Source: Candidatus Gastranaerophilales bacterium
GTDB lineage: Bacteria; Cyanobacteriota; Vampirovibrionia; Gastranaerophilales; Gastranaerophilaceae
NCBI GenBank assembly: GCA_947589115.1
Contig: CANPZP010000003.1
Span: forward strand, 355 to 64,354
DNA length: 64,000 nt
Direction: 5' to 3'
The notes beneath the pieces are model-generated. The model had not been told where the DNA came from. It saw only the letters and a list, made by a program, of their open reading frames with translations, and made no database searches. Shown here piece by piece: positions 9,727-18,710 of the stretch. Numbering within the stretch: position 1 is the first letter of the stretch; every line of letters starts with the position of its first letter. Both the position numbers and the translations under genes were made by a program.

Positions 9727-10617
9727 GTGGGCTTAAGTTTTCAGGAATTAATATTAAATTTATCAAAATTTTGGTCTGATTACGGATGCATAATCCAACA
9801 GCCGTATGACATAGAAAAAGGTGCAAGCACAATGAATCCCGCAACATTTTTGCGTTCATTAGGGCCTGAGCCATGGAATACAGCAATGGTTGAGCCTTGC
9901 AGAAGACCTACAGATGCAAGATACGGCGAAAATCCCAACAGATTGGGACATTATTTTCAATACCAAGTTATATTAAAGCCCTCGCCTGAAAATTCTCAAG
10001 AATTATATTTAAAAAGTTTAGAAGCAATGGGGATTGATTTATCAAAACATGATGTAAGATTTGTGGAAGATAACTGGGAATCTCCGACACTTGGTGCGGC
10101 AGGTGTAGGCTGGGAAGTTTGGCTTGACGGTATGGAAATAACTCAGTTTACATATTTTCAACAAGTGGGCGGACTTGAAATTAAGCCTGTTGCTTTGGAA
10201 ATTACTTACGGACTAGAACGTATAGCAATGTATCTTCAAAACGTTGATTCGGTTTTTGATGTTATGTGGAATAAAGAATTAAAATACGGGGAAATATATC
10301 TCCAAAATGAAATAGAACAATCAAAATACAATTTTGAATATTCAAATGCGGAAAGATTATTTAAAATGTTTGATTTATTTCAGGCAGAAGTTGAATCTTG
10401 CATTGATGCAAAAATTGTACTTCCGGCATATGATTACGTATTAAAATGTTCTCATACATTCAATTTATTGGATGCAAGAGGAGTAATAAGCCGAGATGAA
10501 AGAATAAATTATATAAACAGAGTCAGGAAAATGGCGGCAATGGTAGCAGCATTATATGTTGAGCAAAGAAAAGAACTCGGATTTCCGCTGCTGAAAAAAC
10601 AAAAAGCACTTGCATAA
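9727..10617 (+). CDS. glyQ: Glycine--tRNA ligase alpha subunit
   Basis: [27 protein letters not shown] and the remainder are typical GlyQ; GTG start. Confidence 0.95.
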   Translation: MGLSFQELILNLSKFWSDYGCIIQQPYDIEKGASTMNPATFLRSLGPEPWNTAMVEPCRRPTDARYGENPNRLGHYFQYQVILKPSPENSQELYLKSLEAMGIDLSKHDVRFVEDNWESPTLGAAGVGWEVWLDGMEITQFTYFQQVGGLEIKPVALEITYGLERIAMYLQNVDSVFDVMWNKELKYGEIYLQNEIEQSKYNFEYSNAERLFKMFDLFQAEVESCIDAKIVLPAYDYVLKCSHTFNLLDARGVISRDERINYINRVRKMAAMVAALYVEQRKELGFPLLKKQKALA

Positions 10618-10641
10618 AAAAGTATAGAAAAGGAAAAATAA

Positions 10642-12201
10642 ATGCAATCACCCATAAAATGCGCAATTACGAATTTTATATCTAATTTATTGAGGAAAAA
10701 AAATCCCGATGAGTTTTTGGAACAATCGGCACAAGGCGGTTTAAAAAAGACCTTAAATGCGTTTGATTTAATAATACTTGGAATCAGCGCAATCATTGGT
10801 GCGGGAATTTTTGTTATGATAGGTTCCGCAGTAATCGGAACAACGGAAAGAGTCGGAGCAGGGCCTGCACTTGTTTTATCTATTTCATTAGTAGCAATTG
10901 CATGTATATTTCCGGCTTTATGTTATGCTGAATTTGCTTCTATGATACCTGTTTCAGGGAGTGCCTATATCTATACATTTGCTACAATGGGTGAATTTGC
11001 TGCTTGGATGATGGGCTGGGTTTTAATGCTTGAATATGCAATAGGAACAATCGCAGTAGCGGCAAGCTGGACAGGTTATTTAATAAAATTATTTGAAGGA
11101 TTCCCAGCTCTGCCGGAATTTCTCAGAAATCCTCCCGTTTGGATGATTAATGACTATCAAACAGCTTTAGCATCGGGCGGACATATTCCTCATATATTGG
11201 GTATCCCGATTTGTTTTAATCTGCCCGCTATGTTCGTTATCGGTATTATTTGTTTGGTTCTTCTTAAAGGAATACAAGAATCAGCTAACTTCGCCAAAAT
11301 AATGGTGTTTGTTAAAGTTACCGTAATTGCTTTATTTATAATAGTAGGAGCTTTTTATGTCAGACCTGAAAACTGGGTGCCGTTTGCTCCATCCGGAATA
11401 AAGGGAATATTGATGGGAGCATTTGCTATTTTCTACGCTTATATAGGATTTGATGCAATTTCTACGGCTGCGGAAGAAACAAAAAATCCCCAAAAAAATC
11501 TTCCAATCGGATTAATAGGCTCATTAATAATATGTTCCGTAATATACTGTTTGGTAACAATTGTATTAACAGGTATGATGCCGATGAGTGCAATCGACTT
11601 AAAAGCACCGATTGCACATGCTATGAGTTTTGTAGGTCAGGATTGGTTTGCAGGTGCTATTGCCATAGGCGCTCTTGCCGGTTTAACCTCTGTTCTGCTT
11701 GTTCTTCAATTCGGAACAACAAGAATTTTATACGCTATGGCAAGAGATGGTTTCTTACCTTCTATTATGAAAAAAGTTCATCCTAAATATAACACTCCTT
11801 GGATTATAACTATACTTTCAACCGTATTAATGCTTATCGGTTCTTTATTTATAAACATGCAAGTGGCTGCGGAATTGGCTATTTTTGGTACTTTCTCTTC
11901 ATTTATTATTGTTTGTATAGGTATTTTAATATTAAGGAAAACAGAACCAAACAGACCCAGACCCTTTAAAGTTCCTTTATGTCCTTGGTTTCCCATTATA
12001 GGAATCGTATTCTGCTCGGGACTTATGATTGTTGCGTTAAGAGAAGTTCAAACAGCTTCAAAATTATTTCCGCTTTGGCTTGTAATAGGTATAGTGATTT
12101 ACTTCGCATACGGATACAAATCTAACAGAAAACAAGTTGCTATTCAATTAAAGCGCTTAGAAGAATCTGATTCCAATAATCAACAACAAACAACCGTTTA
12201 A
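10642..12201 (+). CDS. APC-superfamily amino acid permease (cationic amino acid transporter-like)
   Basis: About 14 hydrophobic segments; GAGIFV and EFASMIPVSGSAY motifs. Confidence 0.85.
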   Translation: MQSPIKCAITNFISNLLRKKNPDEFLEQSAQGGLKKTLNAFDLIILGISAIIGAGIFVMIGSAVIGTTERVGAGPALVLSISLVAIACIFPALCYAEFASMIPVSGSAYIYTFATMGEFAAWMMGWVLMLEYAIGTIAVAASWTGYLIKLFEGFPALPEFLRNPPVWMINDYQTALASGGHIPHILGIPICFNLPAMFVIGIICLVLLKGIQESANFAKIMVFVKVTVIALFIIVGAFYVRPENWVPFAPSGIKGILMGAFAIFYAYIGFDAISTAAEETKNPQKNLPIGLIGSLIICSVIYCLVTIVLTGMMPMSAIDLKAPIAHAMSFVGQDWFAGAIAIGALAGLTSVLLVLQFGTTRILYAMARDGFLPSIMKKVHPKYNTPWIITILSTVLMLIGSLFINMQVAAELAIFGTFSSFIIVCIGILILRKTEPNRPRPFKVPLCPWFPIIGIVFCSGLMIVALREVQTASKLFPLWLVIGIVIYFAYGYKSNRKQVAIQLKRLEESDSNNQQQTTV

Positions 12202-12232
12202 ATTAACAAATACATCCTTATTTCATTATTGT

Positions 12233-13321
12233 TTAGGGTTCGTGATAGTCAAAAATTACGTGATTCAATGCATTGTTCCTTGAATACGGATTAAATAAAA
12301 ATATCTTTTTAGATGAAGCTTTTCCGTCAAAATCATTAATATTGGTATCTTCGTAATATGCTTTTAAAGAGTGATTTTCAAAATCATACTCTTTTGTACT
12401 TTGAGTTATATCTTTTCTGAATTTTTTAAAACCTTCTATATATTTTGTTAATCTTTGTTCATCAAATAAACGAACAACATCCGCACTTTCAGTATTATAT
12501 GAATTTAATTTATACCAGCCGTAATAAGTTTTTTTTGAATCATCAGAAAATACAACTTTTCTTCTTGCAGTAATTACGGGTTTTGCTTCATAAGTTTCAT
12601 ATTTATTCAATGAATCAAGTGCATTTTTATCCATTTTATAATCCTGATAAATTTCTTTTAAAGAATAATTTTCATACTTATATAAAGTTGAATATCTTAA
12701 TTCATTCTCGCTGTTATCATAATCTTCACCCGCTTCTGTTAATGCAATACCATCATATTTATATATCTTAGAAGCTTTATTACCATCTTCTCTTGCCTTA
12801 ATCTTTATGGTTTTTATATCATTAGTATTTTCATCAAATTCTACTAAACCTAAATTTCCTTCAGATACGTATACTTCTATACCCGTTAAATGTATTAAGC
12901 CATTTTTTCTCTCAAAATAAGTTCTTTCACTAAGTTCACCTTTAGCATCGTATTCTTCTACAAATGTTCGCCCGTCTTTTTCCTGTATTGCTAAAGGATT
13001 CCTCGTTATTTTTTGCATAGCTTTATACACGCTTATATCAGCCGCATGCCGTACTAAATACCCTTCTGTCGACAATTTCTGACCGTTTTTTGCTAAATTA
13101 TCATTTATTATTTTTTCCGGAATATTTGTATCCAGAATGAACTTCCCATCGTCAAGTATTTTATTTGCTTCAGCGAGAACACTTACATTAGCTTTATTTT
13201 CAACTTGTGATTCGGTAAATTTATCATAAGGTAAAGATGAACTAACCGGTGAATTACCTTTTCTCCCTTTTAAAGAAACAGTCTGCATATGATTGTAATT
13301 ATTAATACAGGAAACTTTCAT
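12233..13321 (-). CDS. Hypothetical protein, repetitive beta-hairpin (MORN/YwqK-like) composition
   Basis: 362-aa ORF, K/E/Y/N-rich, with recurring Y..Y..G motifs; no signal peptide. Confidence 0.6.
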   Translation of the reverse strand: MKVSCINNYNHMQTVSLKGRKGNSPVSSSLPYDKFTESQVENKANVSVLAEANKILDDGKFILDTNIPEKIINDNLAKNGQKLSTEGYLVRHAADISVYKAMQKITRNPLAIQEKDGRTFVEEYDAKGELSERTYFERKNGLIHLTGIEVYVSEGNLGLVEFDENTNDIKTIKIKAREDGNKASKIYKYDGIALTEAGEDYDNSENELRYSTLYKYENYSLKEIYQDYKMDKNALDSLNKYETYEAKPVITARRKVVFSDDSKKTYYGWYKLNSYNTESADVVRLFDEQRLTKYIEGFKKFRKDITQSTKEYDFENHSLKAYYEDTNINDFDGKASSKKIFLFNPYSRNNALNHVIFDYHEP

Positions 13322-13659
13322 TTAAAACCTCCGCTTTTTTATAAATTTATAAAATTTCTTTGTTAATAAAACTGCTAAAAATTTTTTTTGCTTTATGAAA
13401 ATTTAAGATATTATAGTTTTCTGTATTCGACCTTTTTTGAATATACATCTTTATATACGAATAAATATTAATTTTTTTAAACATAAATTGACGGGTGAGT
13501 AATCTGACCCAATAAGATTTTAATAGTTTATTAATTGTGATGTTGGGTTTTACCCCAGCCTGCAAACTTAAGTTTTACAAAGTACTGCACAGCTGCATAG
13601 TGAGCAGGCTGAATCTGTGTGTTAATGCAGGTATTTTGACTAATTCTTATTTTTGTTAA

Positions 13660-14418
13660 TTAATCCAATATCCCTAATGCCTGCGCATTTTTGTAACTAT
13701 CTTTATCTAAATATACGGGAATTCTTTTAAATCCTAAATCTTTAAGTCCATAATATGCATTATAATTAATATCTCGTTGTTCCTGCCAAATACTTATTGA
13801 ATTTGGATTTAATTTGTCTTTCCCAAATCTTTCAATATATTTTTTTAAACTTTCCGGTGTTGAATCATTATCTAAATATCTGATTAATAATGTTTGAGGA
13901 GTAATTTCATCTCCGCTTCTTAAAATAAAATCTGTTTGTTCTTTAAAATAATTATCATAGTCATACTTGCAGTGTTCAAAATTAGTGTCTTGATTCTTAA
14001 CTAACTCTTCTAACTTTTGTATGTTAACATCTGCTAAAAAATACCCTTTTGGAGCCAGTTTAATTCTATGGCGTATAGCATTTGGTTTCAATATATTTTT
14101 TGTCGAAATTTTTTCAAACTTAATACCAAGATTAGCTAAAATTGTTTCAATCCCCGTATCTTCAGCATCAAGTGCTGTTATTGTATTTTTACTTACTGCA
14201 AAATCATTAATCGAAGGAATATATTGAGAATAATCATTTGTCTTGTATGGATTAAAAGGAGTTGGTGCCAGACTCGGTTCAATGAGTGATTCATTATATT
14301 GAATATTATTTTTGTCTAAATATTTTGTCAATTGAGAAAAACCATATCTGCCATTTTCCGCATCTTGTTTTGTAATATATGCTCTATATGTACTACCAAA
14401 TGAAACAGAATTTATCAT
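13660..14418 (-). CDS. Hypothetical protein
   Basis: 252-aa ORF with no recognisable domain; N-terminus MINSVSFGSTY. Confidence 0.6.
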   Translation of the reverse strand: MINSVSFGSTYRAYITKQDAENGRYGFSQLTKYLDKNNIQYNESLIEPSLAPTPFNPYKTNDYSQYIPSINDFAVSKNTITALDAEDTGIETILANLGIKFEKISTKNILKPNAIRHRIKLAPKGYFLADVNIQKLEELVKNQDTNFEHCKYDYDNYFKEQTDFILRSGDEITPQTLLIRYLDNDSTPESLKKYIERFGKDKLNPNSISIWQEQRDINYNAYYGLKDLGFKRIPVYLDKDSYKNAQALGILD

Positions 14419-14594
14419 TATATTTCTTCCCTTCTTTTGCCTATAATATATTCCTACAATGCTTCTAATAAAATTGCTAAAAAATTATTATAATTACAAA
14501 ATATTTAACAAAAATATATTATTAAATTTGTTGATTTTGTTTTATAAAACTTGAAGTCTGATTATTTTGAACAATTAGTATGATGTTGCAATGA

Positions 14595-14942
14595 CAAGAT
14601 TTGCACGACAAACAAGGCGAAGTCTTGAGCCGTAGTTTGACGGGTCGGGTAAGTAGATTTTTCAGGGCGCAAACTGTAAATAAACTCTCAGTTTGATTTC
14701 TTTTAACAGACAATATGATTATTTTGAAAAAACAATTAATTTTATTATATAAATCATCTGTATTTACTAAAATTAATCAAGGAGATAAAAAAGGTGCTGC
14801 AGATGCTATGTTAAAATATTGTAAAGAAACTCAAACAAAGAATATTAATGGGAAACCAGTTAAACAAAAGATCTTTCGTCAAGGTTTATACAATAGAAGA
14901 GTAAGAGAAAGAAACTTATTTCTTACTCCTGATGAAGAATAA
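14595..14942 (+). pseudogene. GH24 (phage-type) lysozyme remnant: C-terminal half only, with in-frame TGA at 14694
   Basis: The frame of ORF 14715-14942 reads upstream as ..KQGEVLSRSLTGRVSRFFRAQTVNKLSV*FLLTDNMIILKKQLILLYKSSVFTKINQGDKKGAADAMLKY....RRVRERNLFL. This parallels GH24 lysozymes (..AE.LL..DL..FE..VN..V.V.LTQNQ.DAL.S..YN...S....LN.GD...AA..F..W......RR..E..LF). The catalytic N-terminal part is missing or degraded. Confidence 0.6.
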
Positions 14943-14952
14943 AGTTAAAACT

Positions 14953-15315
14953 TTATTCTTCATATATATAGCAACCTAGTCTACCATTTGTTTTATAGTC
15001 GGTAGGATCACATCCTTCTTTTGGGACTGCACCGTCTGCTTTGAAAAATATTTCAAATTCTGTTGTTGTATATGCATTATTACCATTTAATGGTTTACCT
15101 GAATCAGTAAATATAACCTTATTTTTATAAGCGACATCTCCTTTATTATTAATATATATTTTATCCCAATGATTTGGGTCTTTATCATACAATAATTCAG
15201 AGACTTTCATAATTTCATGTTTTTTGTATCCAAATATTTTAATATTTTGATGATAAAAAATAGTAACGAAAGTAATAAATAATATGACTATTAATAAAAT
15301 AATAAACTTTTTCAT
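14953..15315 (-). CDS. Small exported/membrane-anchored protein, paralog 1
   Basis: N-terminal hydrophobic anchor MKKFIILLIVILFITFVTIF; conserved C-terminus ADGAVPKEGCD....TNGRLGCYIYEE. Confidence 0.7.
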   Translation of the reverse strand: MKKFIILLIVILFITFVTIFYHQNIKIFGYKKHEIMKVSELLYDKDPNHWDKIYINNKGDVAYKNKVIFTDSGKPLNGNNAYTTTEFEIFFKADGAVPKEGCDPTDYKTNGRLGCYIYEE

Positions 15316-15440
15316 AACAATAATTATAATAATTTATATGCACAAAAACAATAGTTCAATATATAGGTTTGGTTAGTAAAGTGTAATTTAACAACAATAA
15401 AAAAGTAATTTATTTCTTACACCGGATGAGGAATAAAAGT
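15284..15440. repeat. Copy A of about 157-nt near-identical non-coding repeat (5' region of paralog 1 plus lysozyme 3' relic)
   Basis: Aligned by eye to 15791-15947 with only a handful of mismatches; it contains the relic ..NLFLTPDEE* codons. Confidence 0.85.
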
Positions 15441-15447
15441 TTTAATT

Positions 15448-15825
15448 TTAATCTTCATAAATATAACAACCTAAAATACCATTAGTAACGGTATCACTTT
15501 CATCACAATTTTCTTTAGGAATAGCCCCATCAGCTATTACCAATATTTTTAATAAGAAAACAGAGTCAACAGCAGTTTTATCATTAATTGGTTTTTTATC
15601 TTCCGTAATAATAACTTTATTATTATAAATAACATCACCTTTAGAATTTATACTTAGGTGTTTCCAATTTTCGGGAGCTTCTTGTGAATAAAGAAATTCA
15701 TCTAAAGTTATTGTTTCATATTTTTTATATCCGCATATTTCATTATTACGTTTATAAAAAAATATACTTAAAAATATTAAAAATATTGAGAATATGACTA
15801 TTAATAAAATAACAAACTTTTTCAT
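15448..15825 (-). CDS. Small exported/membrane-anchored protein, paralog 2
   Basis: MKKFVILLIVIFSIFLIFLSIFF anchor; C-terminus ADGAIPKENCD....TNGILGCYIYED. Confidence 0.7.
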   Translation of the reverse strand: MKKFVILLIVIFSIFLIFLSIFFYKRNNEICGYKKYETITLDEFLYSQEAPENWKHLSINSKGDVIYNNKVIITEDKKPINDKTAVDSVFLLKILVIADGAIPKENCDESDTVTNGILGCYIYED

Positions 15826-15947
15826 AACAATAATTATAATAATTTATATGCACAAAAACAATAGTTCAATATATAGGTTTGGTTAGCAAAGCGTAATTTA
15901 ACAACAATAAAAAAGTAATTTATTTCTTACCCCGGACGGAGAATAAA
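15791..15947. repeat. Copy B of the about 157-nt repeat (period 507 nt)
   Basis: See copy A; it contains the relic ..NLFLTPDGE* codons. Confidence 0.85.
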
Positions 15948-16240
15948 ATCACTTTATATCTTTTTCATATTTGCATAAAGTATTATAAGCTGCTAATCTT
16001 TAATATAAAGTATCAAAAAATTTTGAGTCCGTTTTGGGGTAGTAAAAGTCCGTTTTTGACCCATTTCAAAATGTGGAAATCATCTTATTCCCGACCACAG
16101 AAATTGGCATTGTATTTGTAACAGAGGCAAACAGGCGACATAAAATTTTCGACTCAAAACGGACTTTAAAATACATCGTTCGCTATTTCGGTGTTACTTT
16201 GGCATTCCGCTTCGCTTCAGCCTGCGCAAAATCCTTAAAA

Positions 16241-16314
16241 TCGGGATGACAAGATTCGAACTTGCGACCCCTGCGACCCGAACACAGTGCGCTACCAAGC
16301 TGCGCTACATCCCG
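16241..16314 (-). tRNA. tRNA-Pro (anticodon CGG), no encoded CCA
   Basis: Reverse complement CGGGATGTAGCGCAGCTTGGTAGCGCACTGTGTTCGGGTCGCAGGGGTCGCAAGTTCGAATCTTGTCATCCCGA; anticodon arm CTGTG/TTCGGGT/CGCAG. Confidence 0.85.
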
Positions 16315-16500
16315 ATATAATATTTAGTTTTTATTTTTTAGGCTTGGAGCACACTACGTGCTACCTCTCCTCAAAAGATACACTGTATCTTGTTCATTAC
16401 GGTATAATCTGACTTAAATTATAAGCAGGTCAACCTATTAAACTTTAACAATAACATTAAATATAGTCAAGTATAAAAAACAATTTATGAAGTATAAATT

Positions 16501-17913
16501 CTAAGCTATTGCAACCTTAACAGGAAACTTATCCACATAAAGTTTATAAATAGCTTCAGCATCAAGGTCTTTGAAGGCTATTATTTCTTTTGACACAATT
16601 TTTTGAGCAAGAAGAGCCGCAATCCCGCCTGTAACGGTAAAATATTTTTTATTATTGTTTTTTATATATTGCTCCGTATCAGAACTTCTTTCCCCTTTTC
16701 CGATAGCGGCAATAATTCCTTGTTCATATAGTTCTACTGCATATTTATCCATTCTTGATGCTGTTGTAGGCCCTATTGAACCTATCATGCCGTTTGATTT
16801 ATCAGGACAAGGTCCGGCATAGAAAATTGTTTTATTTTTTAAGTCAATGGGCAGCGGTTTATTATTTTTTATCAACTCAATCAACCGTTTGTGAGCCATA
16901 TCTCTTGCGACATACAATTCTCCCGTGAGTAATATTTCTTCACCCTGTTTTAGTTGTTCAATTGCAGTTATATCTTGAAGATTAATTTCTTTTTTATTGA
17001 TTTGTTCAGAGCCAAAGTCAATAAAATTCGGTATTTTATGGAAGTATTTTGTTTCATTTTCAGAAACCAAGCAGGAAGATATTCTGTCAGAATGGCAATT
17101 TACGGTTATACCAACAGGCATGGAAGCAATATGAGTTGCAGATGTTAATAATTTAACATCTAAAACATAATAACCCGAATAATTTTGCGGAGCATTCAAA
17201 TTAATGTAATTAATTATTTTAGAAGCAAGGTTTTTTTCTTCTTCAGAAAAATTTGTTTGAAAAAATGCTTCTTTTGAGAGCAAAATAGCTTTTTCCGCCG
17301 TACCGCCGATACCGATACCTATAAACATAGGCGGACATGCACTTTCACCTGCGCTTAGAATCAGTTCAGATATTTCTTTAATAATTTCATCCTCTGATGA
17401 GGTTGGCAGCAGCATTTTAAATTTAGATTTATTTTCCGAACCTCCGCCTTTAATCATTACATTTATTTTAATTTTGCCGCCCTTCACGTACTTAGTATAA
17501 ATAACGGCAGGAGTATTTGTTTTGGTATTTTTTCTGTTAAAAACAGCATTATTAACTATTGATTTTCTAAAGTAGTTTTCAAAATAACATTTATTAACTG
17601 CGTTGTTTATCTCATCATATAGAAAATCACCATCAAAAACAACATTTTGACCTATTTCAAGAAAAATTATTACTTGCCCCGTATCCTGACACAAAGGCAA
17701 TTTTTTATCGTAAGCTATTTTCGCATTCTGAAGTATGGATTTTAATACTTCCGATTGTGAATTTGAACATGTATCAACTTTATTTTCTTGTTGATTAATA
17801 CTTTTATAGGCATCAAGAATTTTTAAATACACATCTTCATTCAGGCAAGTATTTGATTTTAAACAAAGATTATAAATTGCTTCCGCCACTTTTTGCGTAG
17901 AAATAGTACTCAT
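16501..17913 (-). CDS. Class I (Fe-S) fumarate hydratase / tartrate dehydratase family, fused alpha+beta
   Basis: PLCQDTGQVIIF in the N-terminal domain and the GPTTASRMD motif in the C-terminal domain. Start set at MSTISTQK. Confidence 0.85.
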   Translation of the reverse strand: MSTISTQKVAEAIYNLCLKSNTCLNEDVYLKILDAYKSINQQENKVDTCSNSQSEVLKSILQNAKIAYDKKLPLCQDTGQVIIFLEIGQNVVFDGDFLYDEINNAVNKCYFENYFRKSIVNNAVFNRKNTKTNTPAVIYTKYVKGGKIKINVMIKGGGSENKSKFKMLLPTSSEDEIIKEISELILSAGESACPPMFIGIGIGGTAEKAILLSKEAFFQTNFSEEEKNLASKIINYINLNAPQNYSGYYVLDVKLLTSATHIASMPVGITVNCHSDRISSCLVSENETKYFHKIPNFIDFGSEQINKKEINLQDITAIEQLKQGEEILLTGELYVARDMAHKRLIELIKNNKPLPIDLKNKTIFYAGPCPDKSNGMIGSIGPTTASRMDKYAVELYEQGIIAAIGKGERSSDTEQYIKNNNKKYFTVTGGIAALLAQKIVSKEIIAFKDLDAEAIYKLYVDKFPVKVAIA

Positions 17914-17978
17914 AATAAAATGATATAATTTTACACGAATAATGTAAAGCATGTATAATTAAGAAGAAAGGTGAATAT

Positions 17979-18710
17979 ATGCCGCATTTTTTGATTAATT
18001 CACGTGATATAAAGAACAATAAAATAATAATAAATGATAAAGATTTATATAAACATATTATTCGTGTAATGCGGATGAGAAAAGGGGAAGCATTATTATT
18101 AATTGATGAAAACGAGATTCAATATGAAACAATAATAGAAAATACGGAAGAATCCTCGATTGTATGTACAATAGAAAAACAATATAAATCCACCAGAAAA
18201 TTAGAAACTGAAATATATCTGGCACAAAGTGTTTTAAATTCGGACAATCAAATAAGTATAATAAAGAAAGCGACAGAAATAGGAGCAAAAGGAATAATTC
18301 CGCTATATACTGATAATTGTGCCGTAAAAGAATCAATAATAAGAAGTAAAACTGACAAATGGCAAAAGGTTGCAAATGAATCGGTAAAGCAATGTGAACG
18401 AGCAGATATACCAAAAGTATACGAAATGACATATATAAAAGAAGTGGTAAAAGATTTTGAACAAATATATGTTTTTGCGGAAAAGTATGCAGAGTGTGAT
18501 TTTATAGATTATATAAAAGAAAATAAACTTGATAAGAAGAAAAAGATATTAATAATAATAGGCCCCGAAGGCGGGTTTTCAGAAAAAGAATTTGAATTTT
18601 TCAAAGCAAAAAATATTCCGTTAATAACACTGGGAAATTTAATATACAGAGCTGATACGGCAGCAGCTGCAGCAATGATATCAGTAATACTCGGGGTAAA
18701 ACATGGATAA
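17979..18710 (+). CDS. rsmE: 16S rRNA (uracil1498-N3)-methyltransferase
   Basis: HI.RVMRMR.GE N-terminus; C-terminal IIIGPEGGFSEKE...LG..I.RADTAA. Confidence 0.85.
   Translation: MPHFLINSRDIKNNKIIINDKDLYKHIIRVMRMRKGEALLLIDENEIQYETIIENTEESSIVCTIEKQYKSTRKLETEIYLAQSVLNSDNQISIIKKATEIGAKGIIPLYTDNCAVKESIIRSKTDKWQKVANESVKQCERADIPKVYEMTYIKEVVKDFEQIYVFAEKYAECDFIDYIKENKLDKKKKILIIIGPEGGFSEKEFEFFKAKNIPLITLGNLIYRADTAAAAAMISVILGVKHG

Noticed and set aside
9727-10617. glyQ without an adjacent glyS.
   Set aside because: Unlinked glyQ and glyS genes are normal in cyanobacteria-related lineages. This is not anomalous by itself.
13490-13503. A 14-nt exact match (GACGGGTGAGTAAT) to the conserved 16S rRNA region around E. 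coli position 105-118.
   Set aside because: No rRNA-like sequence continues on either side. A related block in the lysozyme relic (TTGACGGGTCGGGTAAG) sits in a coding frame. It is most likely coincidental.
13347-13565. 72-aa ORF in the track; likewise 14522-14713 (63 aa).
   Set aside because: Both lie in spacers, have no RBS and have odd composition. They overlap the lysozyme-like relic blocks on the opposite strand. I treat them as non-coding.
14591-14601. ATGACAAGATT is identical to part of the tRNA-Pro T-arm/acceptor (16246-16256), a possible att-site duplication bounding an integrated element.
   Set aside because: It is only 11 nt, AT-rich, and lies inside the lysozyme-relic reading frame. 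Similarity decays immediately beyond it. That is too weak to call an att repeat without comparative data.
14694-14696. The in-frame TGA of the lysozyme relic might be a sense codon (genetic code 4 or 25).
   Set aside because: TGA clearly functions as a stop elsewhere. For example, pilT ends at 21355-21357 and recO starts 9 nt later. All long housekeeping ORFs are intact under code 11. The relic also lacks its N-terminal half.
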